Assembly (NCBI GenBank): GCA_028534125.1
Contig: CM052825.1
Span: forward strand, 25,916,001-25,980,000
Length of the DNA: 64,000 bases
Direction of reading: 5' to 3'
DNA from: Lama glama
Taxonomy: Eukaryota
Part shown: one piece after another, positions 42,216 to 53,370 of the stretch
How the letters are laid out: every line of letters starts with the position of its first letter
How positions within the stretch are numbered: position 1 is the first letter of the stretch
Notes under the pieces: generated by a model
Databases searched by the model: none
What the model saw: only the letters and a program-made list of their open reading frames with translations
What the model was told of the DNA's origin: nothing
Position numbers and translations under genes: made by a program

Positions 42216-43932
42216 AAAGGGGTACACAGGCCCTGGCGCTGGGCACAGAGAAGGCAGAAGAGGCTCAGTAGAAGGAAGGGAGGGGGGAACCCCAGTCAGC
42301 TGTCCCAGCAGAGACTAGGGGCGGGGGTTCCACTTCTGGAGTCACTAGGATGTTACTGCCCATGCCCCAGTCTCTGAGGCTGACAGTGGGCTCCTGGCGC
42401 CCTCTTGTGGCAGTATGAGGAGTCAGCCCTGGGCCCCTGGCTCACCCACCCTCACCCTCCACCTCCCAACTCTGGGCAGAGAATGGGCCTGTGTAGGTTG
42501 GTGCCAGGGAGCGGCTCCTTGAGGGTAACCTGGTCCAGAATGGGCACATGCCTGGCCCTGAGCTGGCCCTTTGACACCAGGTTTCCCCTGCCTCCTGCCC
42601 CAGATGCTTCTTCAAGGGGACTGGTGAGGCTATCACTCACAGACAAGGGCTGTCTCTCACAGCTCCTGGCCCCACCAGGGAAGCACCAAGTGTTGTTGGC
42701 CATCAGAGGTCTGTTGCCCAAAGGACAGGGAGCCTAGAAGACCATACCTGGCTTCAATTGCTGTGGGTGCAAGAGCAGACATACAGCAGGTGCTCAGTAA
42801 ACACCTGGAGAGTGAGTGCTTGGATAGACAACTGACATCCAAAACCTCAGGTAACCCCTCCTGATGTCTGTGCTCAGTTTAGAGGCTCCTTCAAAGTCCC
42901 CCACCTCCAGATCCTTCAGTGCCCTGACCCTCCAAATGGGCCTCACTCAAAATCTAGGTCCTGGCCTGGCAGGGGGCTGGAGGAGATGCTGGGACAAGGA
43001 GCTGTCCAAGGTGAGCCCTTCCCTGAACAGTGCCTGGGATAGGGGAGGCAACCCCACAGGGTGAAGGGCACAGGCAGGAGCACTCGTGACCAAGATAGGG
43101 GCTGGGCTGGTCCAGGGCCTGTGGGAATAACACAAAAGCCAAGCAGAGTCAATGGCGGGCAGGTTGGGAGGAAGAGTGCCCAAGGCCTGGATGGAGCTTA
43201 GGGCAAAACAGGGACTGGAAAGGTGGCCAGTGGGAGGTGGGCAGGGACAGCCCCAGGCCCAGCAGCCACCAAGGAGTTTGAACTTGGCTTCAAAGGGACA
43301 GCAAACAGAGCCCTTAAGGAAATGGTGAGAAAGCCCAGAGAGAGGTCACGTTCTCTTAATTGCCCAAGACTGCCCACTTGGGCTCCCATTTCAGGAAAAG
43401 CAGGGTAGAAGGAGAGATGTGTCCCCAGCAGAGCCTGTGGCCACTGAGACCCCTGCAGCTAGGATCTCCTGAATATGCTGCTTCAGCTGCCCAGGGCAGG
43501 GTGCTGCACCCCTGGGAGAAGCTGGGGGCAGGAGACAATGAGGACATTTCCCGTAACTGAGAGCCAAGGGGTGCCAGAAAGCAGCTAGAACCTGGACCAC
43601 CCAGTGACACAATCCAATGGTGTCAACCATGAATACTGGCCTGGATTGCTCCTGACCAGCCTGACCTAGGGAACTCCAGGGTGCTGGAGAGACCAGTCCT
43701 CCTAGAGACCCCATCAGGGAGTCATATCTGCCAACTCTGCAACCTTTGGTTCCCTTTCACCTGCACAACCCCCACCCTCCACCCCCAAGTGGAATCACCT
43801 CGCCTACCCATGAGCCTGTACCTTGGGACACGTGGCAAATTTCCTCCCTTTGAGGAGAAATCCACCCACTACATACACCTTGCATCTTCTCCAGGATCCA
43901 AAAATGCAGCTGCAGATTGATTTGCAGCCGAA

Positions 43933-44059
43933 CTAAAAATAACTGCCAGGCTCCAGCCAGGGCCCGGGAAAATATCCCATTGCTAGGAGACAGCCGTTAC
44001 TGGGAGACCGCCATTGCTAGGCAACAGGGTTGCCATGGTGACAGCTGGGCCCTGAGTCA
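43933..44059. promoter_or_regulatory. Candidate enhancer: MEF2 site + four RFX X-boxes + AP-1 site
   Basis: CTAAAAATAA 43933-43942; X-box-like sites 43979-43991, 43996-44008, 44013-44025, 44029-44042; TGAGTCA 44053-44059. Confidence 0.6.
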
Positions 44060-44848
44060 TCCTCAGCTCTGGCCGCTCCGCCCCCCTGCCCCTGGTGAGC
44101 CAGGCCTGGGTCCTAGGAGGAGGGAAGGCAGGGAAACAGAAGCTGGAAAGAGCAGAGAGGCCGGCTGCCTGCTGCCCGCCACCCATTGCTGCCACAGCCG
44201 CCCCAGGCTGTGAGGTTCTCACTGTCGTAGGTGCCCATTCTGGCTGCAGAGTGGCCAGGACAGACAAACACACCTGCCCACCCTATATGTTTCCCTCCCC
44301 AGGCACTCTTGGCACCCCTGTCTCTGTGTGGGGAGCAGAGGCAGTGAGGAGCAGTGTCCATCCGGCCCATGGCTCTAGAGCAGGAAGCTTCAGAGCCAGC
44401 CTGATCACTCTGGAGCATGGGGTTCTCACCACCTGTGCTGCACTAGGATCTTCAGGGCATCCTCTTGGACCCCCAACTCATTTTCCAGGAGGAGAACTAC
44501 CTGTCTGAGGCCTCATCCAGGGAGGGAGGATTTGGGACCCATGCCTGTGGTTCCAGGGCACACGTTCCACTCCAGAGCCCCCCAAGGAAAGGCCTGAGGA
44601 CCTCCTGCAAGGAGCCTCAAGGAGTTTCAGAACCACTGCCCCAGACCTCAAGAGCCACCAGTGGGGAACTCTGTGGTAAGTAGCCAATTCCCTGATGTGA
44701 CAGTGGCTCCCTCTCTCAGAGCCCTCCAAGGTCTCAGGATGGGACATGCCAACAGCCTTTGGTCCTCACCCCTTCATGACTCCAGAGCTGGAAACCCCCA
44801 GCCACCTGGACTGAAGAGACTCTTCGGTGTCTAGGCATCAAGATAAGG

Positions 44849-45027
44849 GGTGCTCCATGTGAGAGATGCTCCAGGTGAGGGGTTCTCCAGATGAGGTGAT
44901 GCTCCAGGTGAGAGATTCTTCAGGTGAGAGGTGTTCCAGGTGAGGAGTGCTTCAGGTGAGGGGTGCTCTAGGTGAAGGGTGCTCCAGGTGAAGTGTGCTC
45001 CAGGTGAGAGATGCTCCAAGTGAGGAA
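44849..45027. repeat. Minisatellite, ~11 copies of a ~16-bp unit (TGCTCCAGGTGAGAGR-like)
   Basis: Degenerate direct tandem units without spacers. Confidence 0.9.
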
Positions 45028-46449
45028 CATGGTGCCTCCTTGGAAAGCCAGTGTAGCTGAAGCTCTAAGAGCAAGGGGCCAAGTACAGGGCAAGGCTTCA
45101 GGCCAACAGTGACAGAGACTCAGGGCTTTGCAGGCTGCAGCAAAGAGCAGAGGGAGCCCTGGGAGCATGGGGACCAAACATGCCTGTAAAGTGACCCCTC
45201 TACAACTAGAACAGGTGGGGCAGGGGGAAGAGGAGCCCCACAGTAGTGTTTCATGTCCCTCTAAGCAAGTGCTCAGATTCTCCCAAGGCAAGTGACCTCT
45301 CGACCCCCTCAAATCACCAAGTGAAACCCTGCCCACCAGTCAGGACACCATCTACACCAGGGTCCATGCTGACCCACGCCTGCACACATTGGGTGGAGGC
45401 TGAGCTGGAAGGCCAAACTTCCAGACCCACACACTGGAGGGAATGGGACAACAAACACTCTCCCAGTCACCTCAAAGTCTTCAGGCAACCCACCCTGCCT
45501 GCCCAGGCCAAGCCTCCTCCTTTGGTCAGCGTCAGTGAGACTGACTCTGCAGTCAGCCACATGGGAGAACTGCCTTCACCCCATCCAGTGTGCCACACAC
45601 AGCAAGAGTGGCACAATGCCCCTCAAACCAGCCAGGGTCAGACCAGCCTGGTTCCCCCTCCCGCTGCCCTCCCCTTACACCAGCCTCACTGGGCCCCACT
45701 TCCTGTCAAAATGTTGCAGACACCAGCTGGTTTCATTTCTATTAAGGCTGTCTCAAGGGGGCTGTCTCTCAGCTCTGAGGCCCTTCTCTGATGCAAAGAA
45801 CCCACTTTGCTCTCCTCACACCTGTTCCCTCTGCCATCTCTGCTCCCAGGAGACCCCAGAATGGACAGCGTTAGCTTCTGTCCTCTGTCCTGGGCCGGCT
45901 TGGAGGCCTGGTGTCCCCAGTGGCCCAGACAGAGCCCTCCACACCCTCCCACCACACCCCACCCCACCCTCTTTCCCAGTCTGTCCAGACTAAGCTGCCA
46001 CCACTGAGACCTCCAGTCCCTTCCAGAGGGTACTCGCCAGGCTCCTTAAGGCCTCGGGACCTTTGCACACCCCTCCCTGGACAACTTTCTCTGCCCTCCC
46101 ACCCTTGGGGGTCTCAGCTCTGGTGTCATGTCCTCAGGAACTCCACTACCACCATCACTCTCCTGGGGTCACCATTCCGTGGCTCTCTTACTTTCATCGT
46201 ACTCATCACTTTCTGAAATGATCTCCTGGTCACTTGTTTCTGGCTTTGCAGGTGTGCAACTGTGTTCCCCACTGAGGGAGGTTCCTGCGCCTGGCACCCA
46301 GCAGGTGCGCAGATGAGGGCCCTGAAGGGAGCCTCACCTTCTGCTCCGCAGGAGGAGCCAGGAGGAAGAGGGTCGGACCGTTCGCTCACCCCTGGGCCAA
46401 CCGCTGGCGCCCAAGGGCTCGAGTCCTTTTCGCCCCTCAGGATTTGGGG

Positions 46450-47142
46450 TTCCCCACCGCTTCACACAGGCAGAGCTTGCTCCGGGCCCGCTCTCCGGCC
46501 GCGCGCCCTGACTTACTCGGCCCTCCCCTCCCGGCCATGCGCCCGGGTTTGTTATTGTGCGAGCGCCCGTGGCGAGGGAGGGCAGGGGTGCAAGCCGCGC
46601 TGGCGCGTGCCCGTGGGCACCGCGGCGGGAGCGCGCTGTGCGCGCGGCAGGGCGGGGCGGGGCGGGGCTGGCGAGGCCGGGCTTAGCATCCTCGGCGCCC
46701 CCGCCCGGGCTCGCCAAACCGGATTGGCTCCTGGCGCCGGGAGCGCGCAAAGGCGCGGCGCGTAAGGCTGGGTGTGGGGCGCGCGCGGCGCCTCCGGCGG
46801 CCGCGGAGGAGCGCTGGGAGGAGGGCGGAGGAGGAGCGCGGGGAGGACGAGGGGAGGGAGGAGGTGCTCTCCTGGCTCCCTGCAAAGCGGCCTTATTTAT
46901 CTGGGCACAGCCTCAGCCTCCCCGGTGGGAGGCTCGGGGCGGCCGATCCTCTCCCACTGGGGAGTTCCTCTCGGAGCGCGGCCGAGGGGGCCGGCCAGGC
47001 CGGGGCGCGGGGCGCGGCCGGGCCCTGCCGGCCAGGCCAGCACCTCGGCCGCCTCCCCGCTTCGCCGGTGCGCATGCCGGGCTCCCCATGACGGGAGGAC
47101 GCCCGGTGGACAGCGTGGCATGAGCCAGGAGCCCGGGCCGAG
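46450..47142 (+). promoter_or_regulatory. FBXL16 CpG-island promoter and non-coding exon 1
   Basis: Dense CpG island ending in a strong donor GAG|GTAAGG after 47142; the coding exon acceptor is at 53357. Confidence 0.75.
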
Positions 47143-50100
47143 GTAAGGTGTGTGTGCCGGGCCAGGCTACAGGGCAGGGAGGAGGCCAGGCCACAACACC
47201 GTGGATACTACAATGAGGAGGGGGTGGGGAGGGGGCTTGGGACAGCGCCGCCGCTGCCACCCCCAGAGGGCTTACGTAACCGCAGCCCCTTCCCTGGCTG
47301 CTGCAGCTGGGCCTCTGGCCCTGCCAGACCTTCCCACAGCCCTTCACCCCAGTGGCCCGCCTGGTCGAGACTCGATCCCCATGGCAACTGGACCTGGGCT
47401 GTAGGTTGGTGCCACCTGACTGTGGCCCTGTGGAAGCTGAATTGCAGACCCCCAGCTGGGCTGCTTGGGTGAGGTCCTGGACCCGACTGCACTCTGGGTT
47501 CCCCACCCCAGCACCATGAGCCCTGGGCCTGTGAGACAGGTGTTAGGTACAATTACACTACCGGAGGAGCTTGTGGACGCTTGGCCTGGAGCTGATCTGC
47601 CCCTGGACACCTCCTGGACCCAACCCTGTGTGGAGCTGCCACAGTGGGAGAACAAGGGGAAGGGAGGGAGCTGGCCATGTGCCTGGTTCTGGAGGAGGGC
47701 TGGGAGCTGACCAAGGCTGGAGGGCCCCAGAAGGAGGACTGGGCACTCTGAGACTTGCTGGGGGGAGTCCTGTCTTTCTGGAAGTTTGAGTGGATGGGGA
47801 AAGTCCCCCACTTATGACCCCAGAAGGAGAGGAGGCCTGGCTGCTGGAGCCTCAGGGAAGCCATGGGCCAGTGGCCACTCCTCCAGCCCCTCCCAGCATC
47901 TGCACAGGAAGCTTTCCCTCCATGGAAGGAGCAGATGGCGGATGCTGCTTCACCTGCCACTTCCCAGGACCCACTGACCAGGCTCAGCTCAGGCCTCCCT
48001 GTGCCAACCGGGGCATAGGGCCTCTTCTCCCAGCAGACGCCTTTGAGGACTACTAGAGAGCATCCTTGGAGAAGGCCTGGGTTGGGTTGGGACCCTGAGA
48101 GTTTTGGGGTCCCACAGACCAGGGAGGAGGACTGTTGGAGACCTACTGGCCCAGCAGGAGGTGGCCACAGGGCTGGACCAAGAGCTGTCTGGGGAGGAGG
48201 GAAATTCAAGCCCCAGTCATAAACATGGTTAGTGCAAAGAGGGCTGTTTGGGCCCCAGGGGATCCCAACACTCATCTGGCCCAGTGCCTGCCACCTGCAC
48301 TGCCTAGTGCCCCCACCTCTACTACCCCTTGGGCCAGGCCTACAAGCACCTTTAATGCTATGGAGGTTCACTGGACAGATCCCATCCTCCAGCTTACATC
48401 CACTTCCAGGCTACTTGGGCGAGTCCTATCTCCCACTGGTCAGAAGGAAACAAGTGGCCTTTGAGGTCAGGGGACCTAGGACACTCAGGACAGCTGGGTC
48501 TGGCCTCAGGAAGGACTGCATGGCTGAGAGCCAGGGAGACATCTCACCCAGAGGTCGGGGAAGGAGTTCCTTGGCTAGCACAGCTTAGCTGTTGGCCGCC
48601 CCTGTCTTGTCACACGTAGGAGCTTGCTGCTGTGTCTCAGAGGTCTGACGTAGGGGGAAAGTGGAGGTGGTGCCAAAGGAAACTGTGGGGTAAGTGGGTG
48701 ACCCAGAACTTTCCCTACCAGTGGCCCAGAATGAGCCCTAGGCAGACCAGCTGCAGAGAGTGGGCTCAGGCCACATTCCTTCGTCTGGGAGGGTTTGGGG
48801 CAGCCACCCAAAGCAGCAGGGACTGGAAGGGGGCTCATTTCCTTCAGAGCAGAGGGGCCAAGATGAGGTCTGGAGCCCAGGGTCCACTCCCCAAGGTGCC
48901 CACAGTCCCATACGGCTGAGCTGCCATGACTTTGGCCACAGGACTCAGTCTGCTGGAGCACCAGCTCAGGTCTCCCTCAAGGCCCACATGCTCCATTCCC
49001 AGAGCCCCTGGTGCATGGGTGGGGAAGCCTGCACCTCAGAAGCATCTCCAAGCTGGGGGCGGGAGGGTTGCGCTGCTGCAAGGACATGTGCAAAGTGGCA
49101 GGGATGTGAATGTGCCTGAGTCACGGGGCTTGTCATGGAATGTGTCAGCCTGCAGTGTGTCCCCAATCCCAAGATACCTCAGGTGTCACCCCAGACCCTG
49201 GGGCTGCCACTGCAGATGGACCTGATGTAAGTTTTTCTGGCTCCCCACTTGTGGTCTGGAGGCATACGAAGGGCTCAGACAGCAATGGGGAGGTGGACTT
49301 GGTGCTGGGAGAGCAGGACAGGACCAGGCTTCCCTCCTTTCTGGTGCTTCCTGTCCCCTTCCCCTTAGGTCTGGCCAGATTATGTGGGACAGGCAGCCAG
49401 CTTCCTAACCCTGCAGCACTCAGTGGGGTACTCAGCCAAAAAGGAGACCTGAGCCATCCTCTTCCCAAGGGTCTGAATAATGGCAAGGCCCACCTCAAGC
49501 CCCAGGGTCTTGTGAGACTTCCCAGAGACTCTGACACCAGCCCAGCCCCAACCCCAGTGGCCCCCCTCCCATGTGGACACTGGCCTCTGTCACAACCAAG
49601 ATTGACAAGTTGAACTACAGCTCTTGCATTGACTGCCCTCCATCCTGCTTCCTGGGCCTCTGGCAGCTGCACCCCTTTCTGCATGACCCTGATAAATGAA
49701 CTGCCATTCTTCATTCATTCAGCAAACTGCCAGAGGCCACTCAGCCATTGTGCTGTCTGTCCTCAAGGAGTCGCCAGCCAAGGGGAGAAGTAGGCAGGTA
49801 GATAGTGATGACAGAGACTCTGGAGATGTGGGGGTCCCACAGGGAGAGGCAGGGGCAGTACTCACACTGAAGATGCAAGAGAACGAGCTTGCAGGGTTAA
49901 GGAGTAGGGAGGTCTACTGAACAAGCAGGGGAACCAGCTTGTGCCCAGGCAGAGAGGGGGAGGGAAGGAGGAATGCAGTACCGGGGTCTGGCTGGACTTT
50001 AGGGTCAGGGATGGAAAGGAACTGGAAGTGAGGCTGTAAGGTGGACTTGCTGGGTCTCAGGGCCCAGTGACTTGACCTGCAAAAGAGGCAGCTCCTTAGG

Positions 50101-51059
50101 AAGTCCCACATGGTGATCTGCAGACTGTCAGCCAGGAAGCCACCAAGTTCTGAAGTCCTCCCAGGAGTCCCCAGGACCCCATCATGCTCCCTAGGTCCAC
50201 TCTGGCCCCCATGCTTGACATGAGTCAGCTGGGGAAACTCAGAGACCATGGTCAGCTCTCCCAAGTGGTACCCTGATCCAGCTCTGGCTCAGGCTGGTGG
50301 GGACAAAACAACTAAAGTAGTGACCAGCATCTCCTGTCTTCCCCTGGAATGAACCCAGGAATCTCTAATCCCCGCAGCCCATCCCAGGAGGGGACCTCCC
50401 TCAGAATTCCACCCTGCACAGACACAACACACCAGGGGCTGATGGCCAAGTGCAAACTTGGCCATCTTTGTTTTTAAAGCCCCTTTTCCTGGTTTTAGCT
50501 CCTGGTGCTTGTCCCAAAGTGGGGAGATAGTCCCCAGTGGACTGACAGCTGCCCCTGCCCCATCCTGGCAAGAAAATCCAAGCAGGTCTTCCTAACCCCA
50601 CAGGGTACAGTGGGGTCAGTCACAGGTACCAAGAAGATAGGGGGCTCTGCAACCTGTCTGGCTGGGTGGGTGGGGCCAGGCCAGGAGAGGAGCCCTCATC
50701 TCAGCCTCCCAGGGACCTCTTGCCTAACTGGCAGGAAGAGCCATCTGTGACATGAGCTCAGGACTGAGGCTAGGTCAATGAGCCTGGAGTATAGGGAGCA
50801 TCTGGAGCACAGCAAGACTATGGACAAGATTGTAGAGCAGCAAGGCTGCCTCCAGGGAGGCAGCTCCAATCTAGGGTGGGGGGGAAGGGTTGAGGAAGGA
50901 GAATTTACCTACAGGCAGGCCAGTGCCTACTGGCCTGGGATGGGGGTGTGGGACAAGCGGCCTCAGACACTCCCCACAGGCTGCTGAGGGCCATGTTTGG
51001 CTTGGCCCTTCCCTCCCTTGAGCTCTCTTCCATGGGCCACCTCGACCCAGAGGCCTGGA

Positions 51060-51520
51060 GGGTGGGATGAGACTGTGGGTGTATGCAAATGTGAGTTCCC
51101 GCGGGGGATGCGGAGGGAGCCCCGCAGATGCCCGGGGCATACACGTGATCCCGTCAACTCAGGCACTCCACGTGCACACCCATGGCTCAGAGCATTTTCA
51201 ACCTAAATCGGTACTGCTCTTGAGTTATTTCTCCCCTGGTGCCGCCTCCGCCGCCTCCTCGGAATGTTAGCCGAGCGGGCGTCCCCTCCCCGCTCCCTCC
51301 AGCCTCCAGGGCCCCTCCCTGCTGAGCTGGGTTTGCCAGGCCATCCCGAGGTCCTGCCGCTGTCCGTGGTGGAGCGGGCGGGCCGGGCCGGGCCTGGCCT
51401 CCGAGCCCCCGGAAGGCGGCTGGAGGGGTGCTGTCCATGGTGCTGCCGGCAGGCGTCAGGCCGGCCGCGCCCGGTCTGTGGCAAGCCGGCGTGCCCTGCT
51501 TCGGGGACACAGAAGGTATT
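51060..51520 (+). promoter_or_regulatory. Intronic CpG island in FBXL16 intron 1 (possible alternative promoter/first exon)
   Basis: CpG-rich; octamer ATGCAAAT at 51083; CACGTG at 51142 and 51169; candidate donor AAG|GTATTC after 51515. Confidence 0.5.
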
Positions 51521-52609
51521 CAAACTGGGGCTGCCTCTCTGTACCCAGCATAGTTCACAGGAGGGAGTTGCCAGGACAGCCTCACCCCTGGCCCCAGGAG
51601 TGGAGGGGGACAGTCGTAGGCTTCATCCTGTCCCAACATGAGGCACTGCTGTCCCATCATGGTCCCCTCCTATGTACTGGCATTAAGGGATCTGGAGCAG
51701 CCCTCATGTCAGGCTGTCCCTGCCACTGTGGGCAAACTGTAACTCTTGGGAGCCTCAGGCTCCTAATCTGAAAACGGTGGTAACAGTAGTGCCCCCGCCA
51801 GGGCTGCTGTGAGATTGAAATATACAATTATCCCAGTGGGCATTCAGCAAACGTTGTTATGGATGTCCCGTATCGGCCAGTGTGAACAAGAGTGGTCATG
51901 AGCTGCAGTAGGGGCATCCAGGGTGTGGGAGCCTCCTCTGGGGAAGGAGGACCCAGGGTGTACTGCAGGCCGGGAGGTTCATGGCTACCAGGGCAGGAAG
52001 ACCTTTGGACCCAAAGGTTGTGGTTTGGCAGCCACAAGGGCCACGTATTTCAGGAAGACCCTTGGTCCCAGGCCAGGATGCACCCCCTCCCCAGACATGG
52101 AATGCTGGCAAGTATTGTCCTGTCCAGGGCTTGGAAGCCAGTGGAGGGCATGGCGCTGGGAAGAGCCAGGCGGGACCACGGGCTTCCCCCATTCCTGGTG
52201 ACTCCCGTCCTCTTCCCCTCTCGCCAGCAGGCTCACTACAAGCCATGCACTACACTTTGTCCTTTTCCCACACTGTCTCATGAGGCGATATCATCACCTC
52301 CTAGGCTTTGAAGTGAGGAAAGTGAGGCATGGAGAAGGGAAGTGGCTCACCGAGGCTATACGGCCAGGGTGGGGTGAGCCACGGGGTACATTACTTTCTT
52401 GCTGAATGTCTGAGGTAGGGACAGGCAGGAGATCTAGAATGAAGAATAGATGATGGCATTGTGAGGGTCCCACTGCCCCTTGTCTCCAGGGTCATCTGTG
52501 CCTAGTGAACTCTGCCAACCATTCACAGCCTCAGAGGCCTGAGGAAGGGAGCTGGGTGGTGGTCTCAGCCCCACCCTGTGGGAAGCTCCCTACACATAGC
52601 CTTCCACAG

Positions 52610-52790
52610 CCAGCTCTGTGTCTGAGTCTTGGCTCCACCACTTACTATGACCTCAGACAAGCAGTTCAGCTGCCTCAGCTGTGATTTCCTCACCTATACA
52701 ATGGGTACAGTCATCATAGCATCATCCTCAATGGTCTGAGTGAAGGACTGAAGAAATAATATTTCCAGGGCTAACTGTGCTGGATCATGG
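52610..52790 (-). mobile_element. MIR SINE relic
   Basis: 'cttggctccaccacttactatgacctcagacaag...tttcctcacctatacaatggg' is a MIR core; similar relics near 5395, 40460, 51730, 53070 and 58495. Confidence 0.65.
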
Positions 52791-53370
52791 TAAACACCCC
52801 GGGAAGACACTTGCCCTTTCTTTGGGTAGATTCTGAACCACAGAACTTCCTGTAGCCACTGAGATTCTCCGAGGTTGGTGTGTGAGTTTCAGAGGGGGTA
52901 CTGGAACCACTCCAGAGAGTACCCTGGCACCCCATAGAGGAGGGACCAGAGAATGTCCCAAACCCTCAGTTCTTCAGCCCCTGCCCAGTAGAGGCAGGCC
53001 TCGCAGGCACTGACAGTAGGCATCAGGGTAGCAAAGGCAAAGGGAGCAGTCACAGGTGAGTGTCTGTCTCCCTCAGCCTCTGTTCTCTTATCTGTAAAAT
53101 GGGAGCTGTATTACCTACATGGCAAAATGTTCTGTGAGTGGGTGGAAGTTGAGCTAAGAGCATATAGAAGGTGCTCAGGGAGCGTCGTGGTCATGACCAG
53201 CCCTGCCCTCCTGTAGCTGGGGGGTGGGACTTGCACTCAGACCCCTTCTTTTGGGTGGTTCTGGGAATGATGTGGGAAGGGTTGCCCAGGGATGGAAAGG
53301 AGCCCAGCTCTACCCCGGCAGCAAACTCACTCCCCCTTCCTGGATCCTGTCTGCAGACCGAGTGAGGAAG

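Noticed and set aside
44849-45027. CRISPR-like array
   Set aside because: Contiguous degenerate ~16-bp units with no unique spacers, in mammalian DNA; it is a minisatellite.
47553-49714. Long ORFs (272, 189, 167 aa) in FBXL16 intron 1
   Set aside because: Low-complexity Pro/Gly/Ser-rich translations with no splice pattern or recognisable homology.
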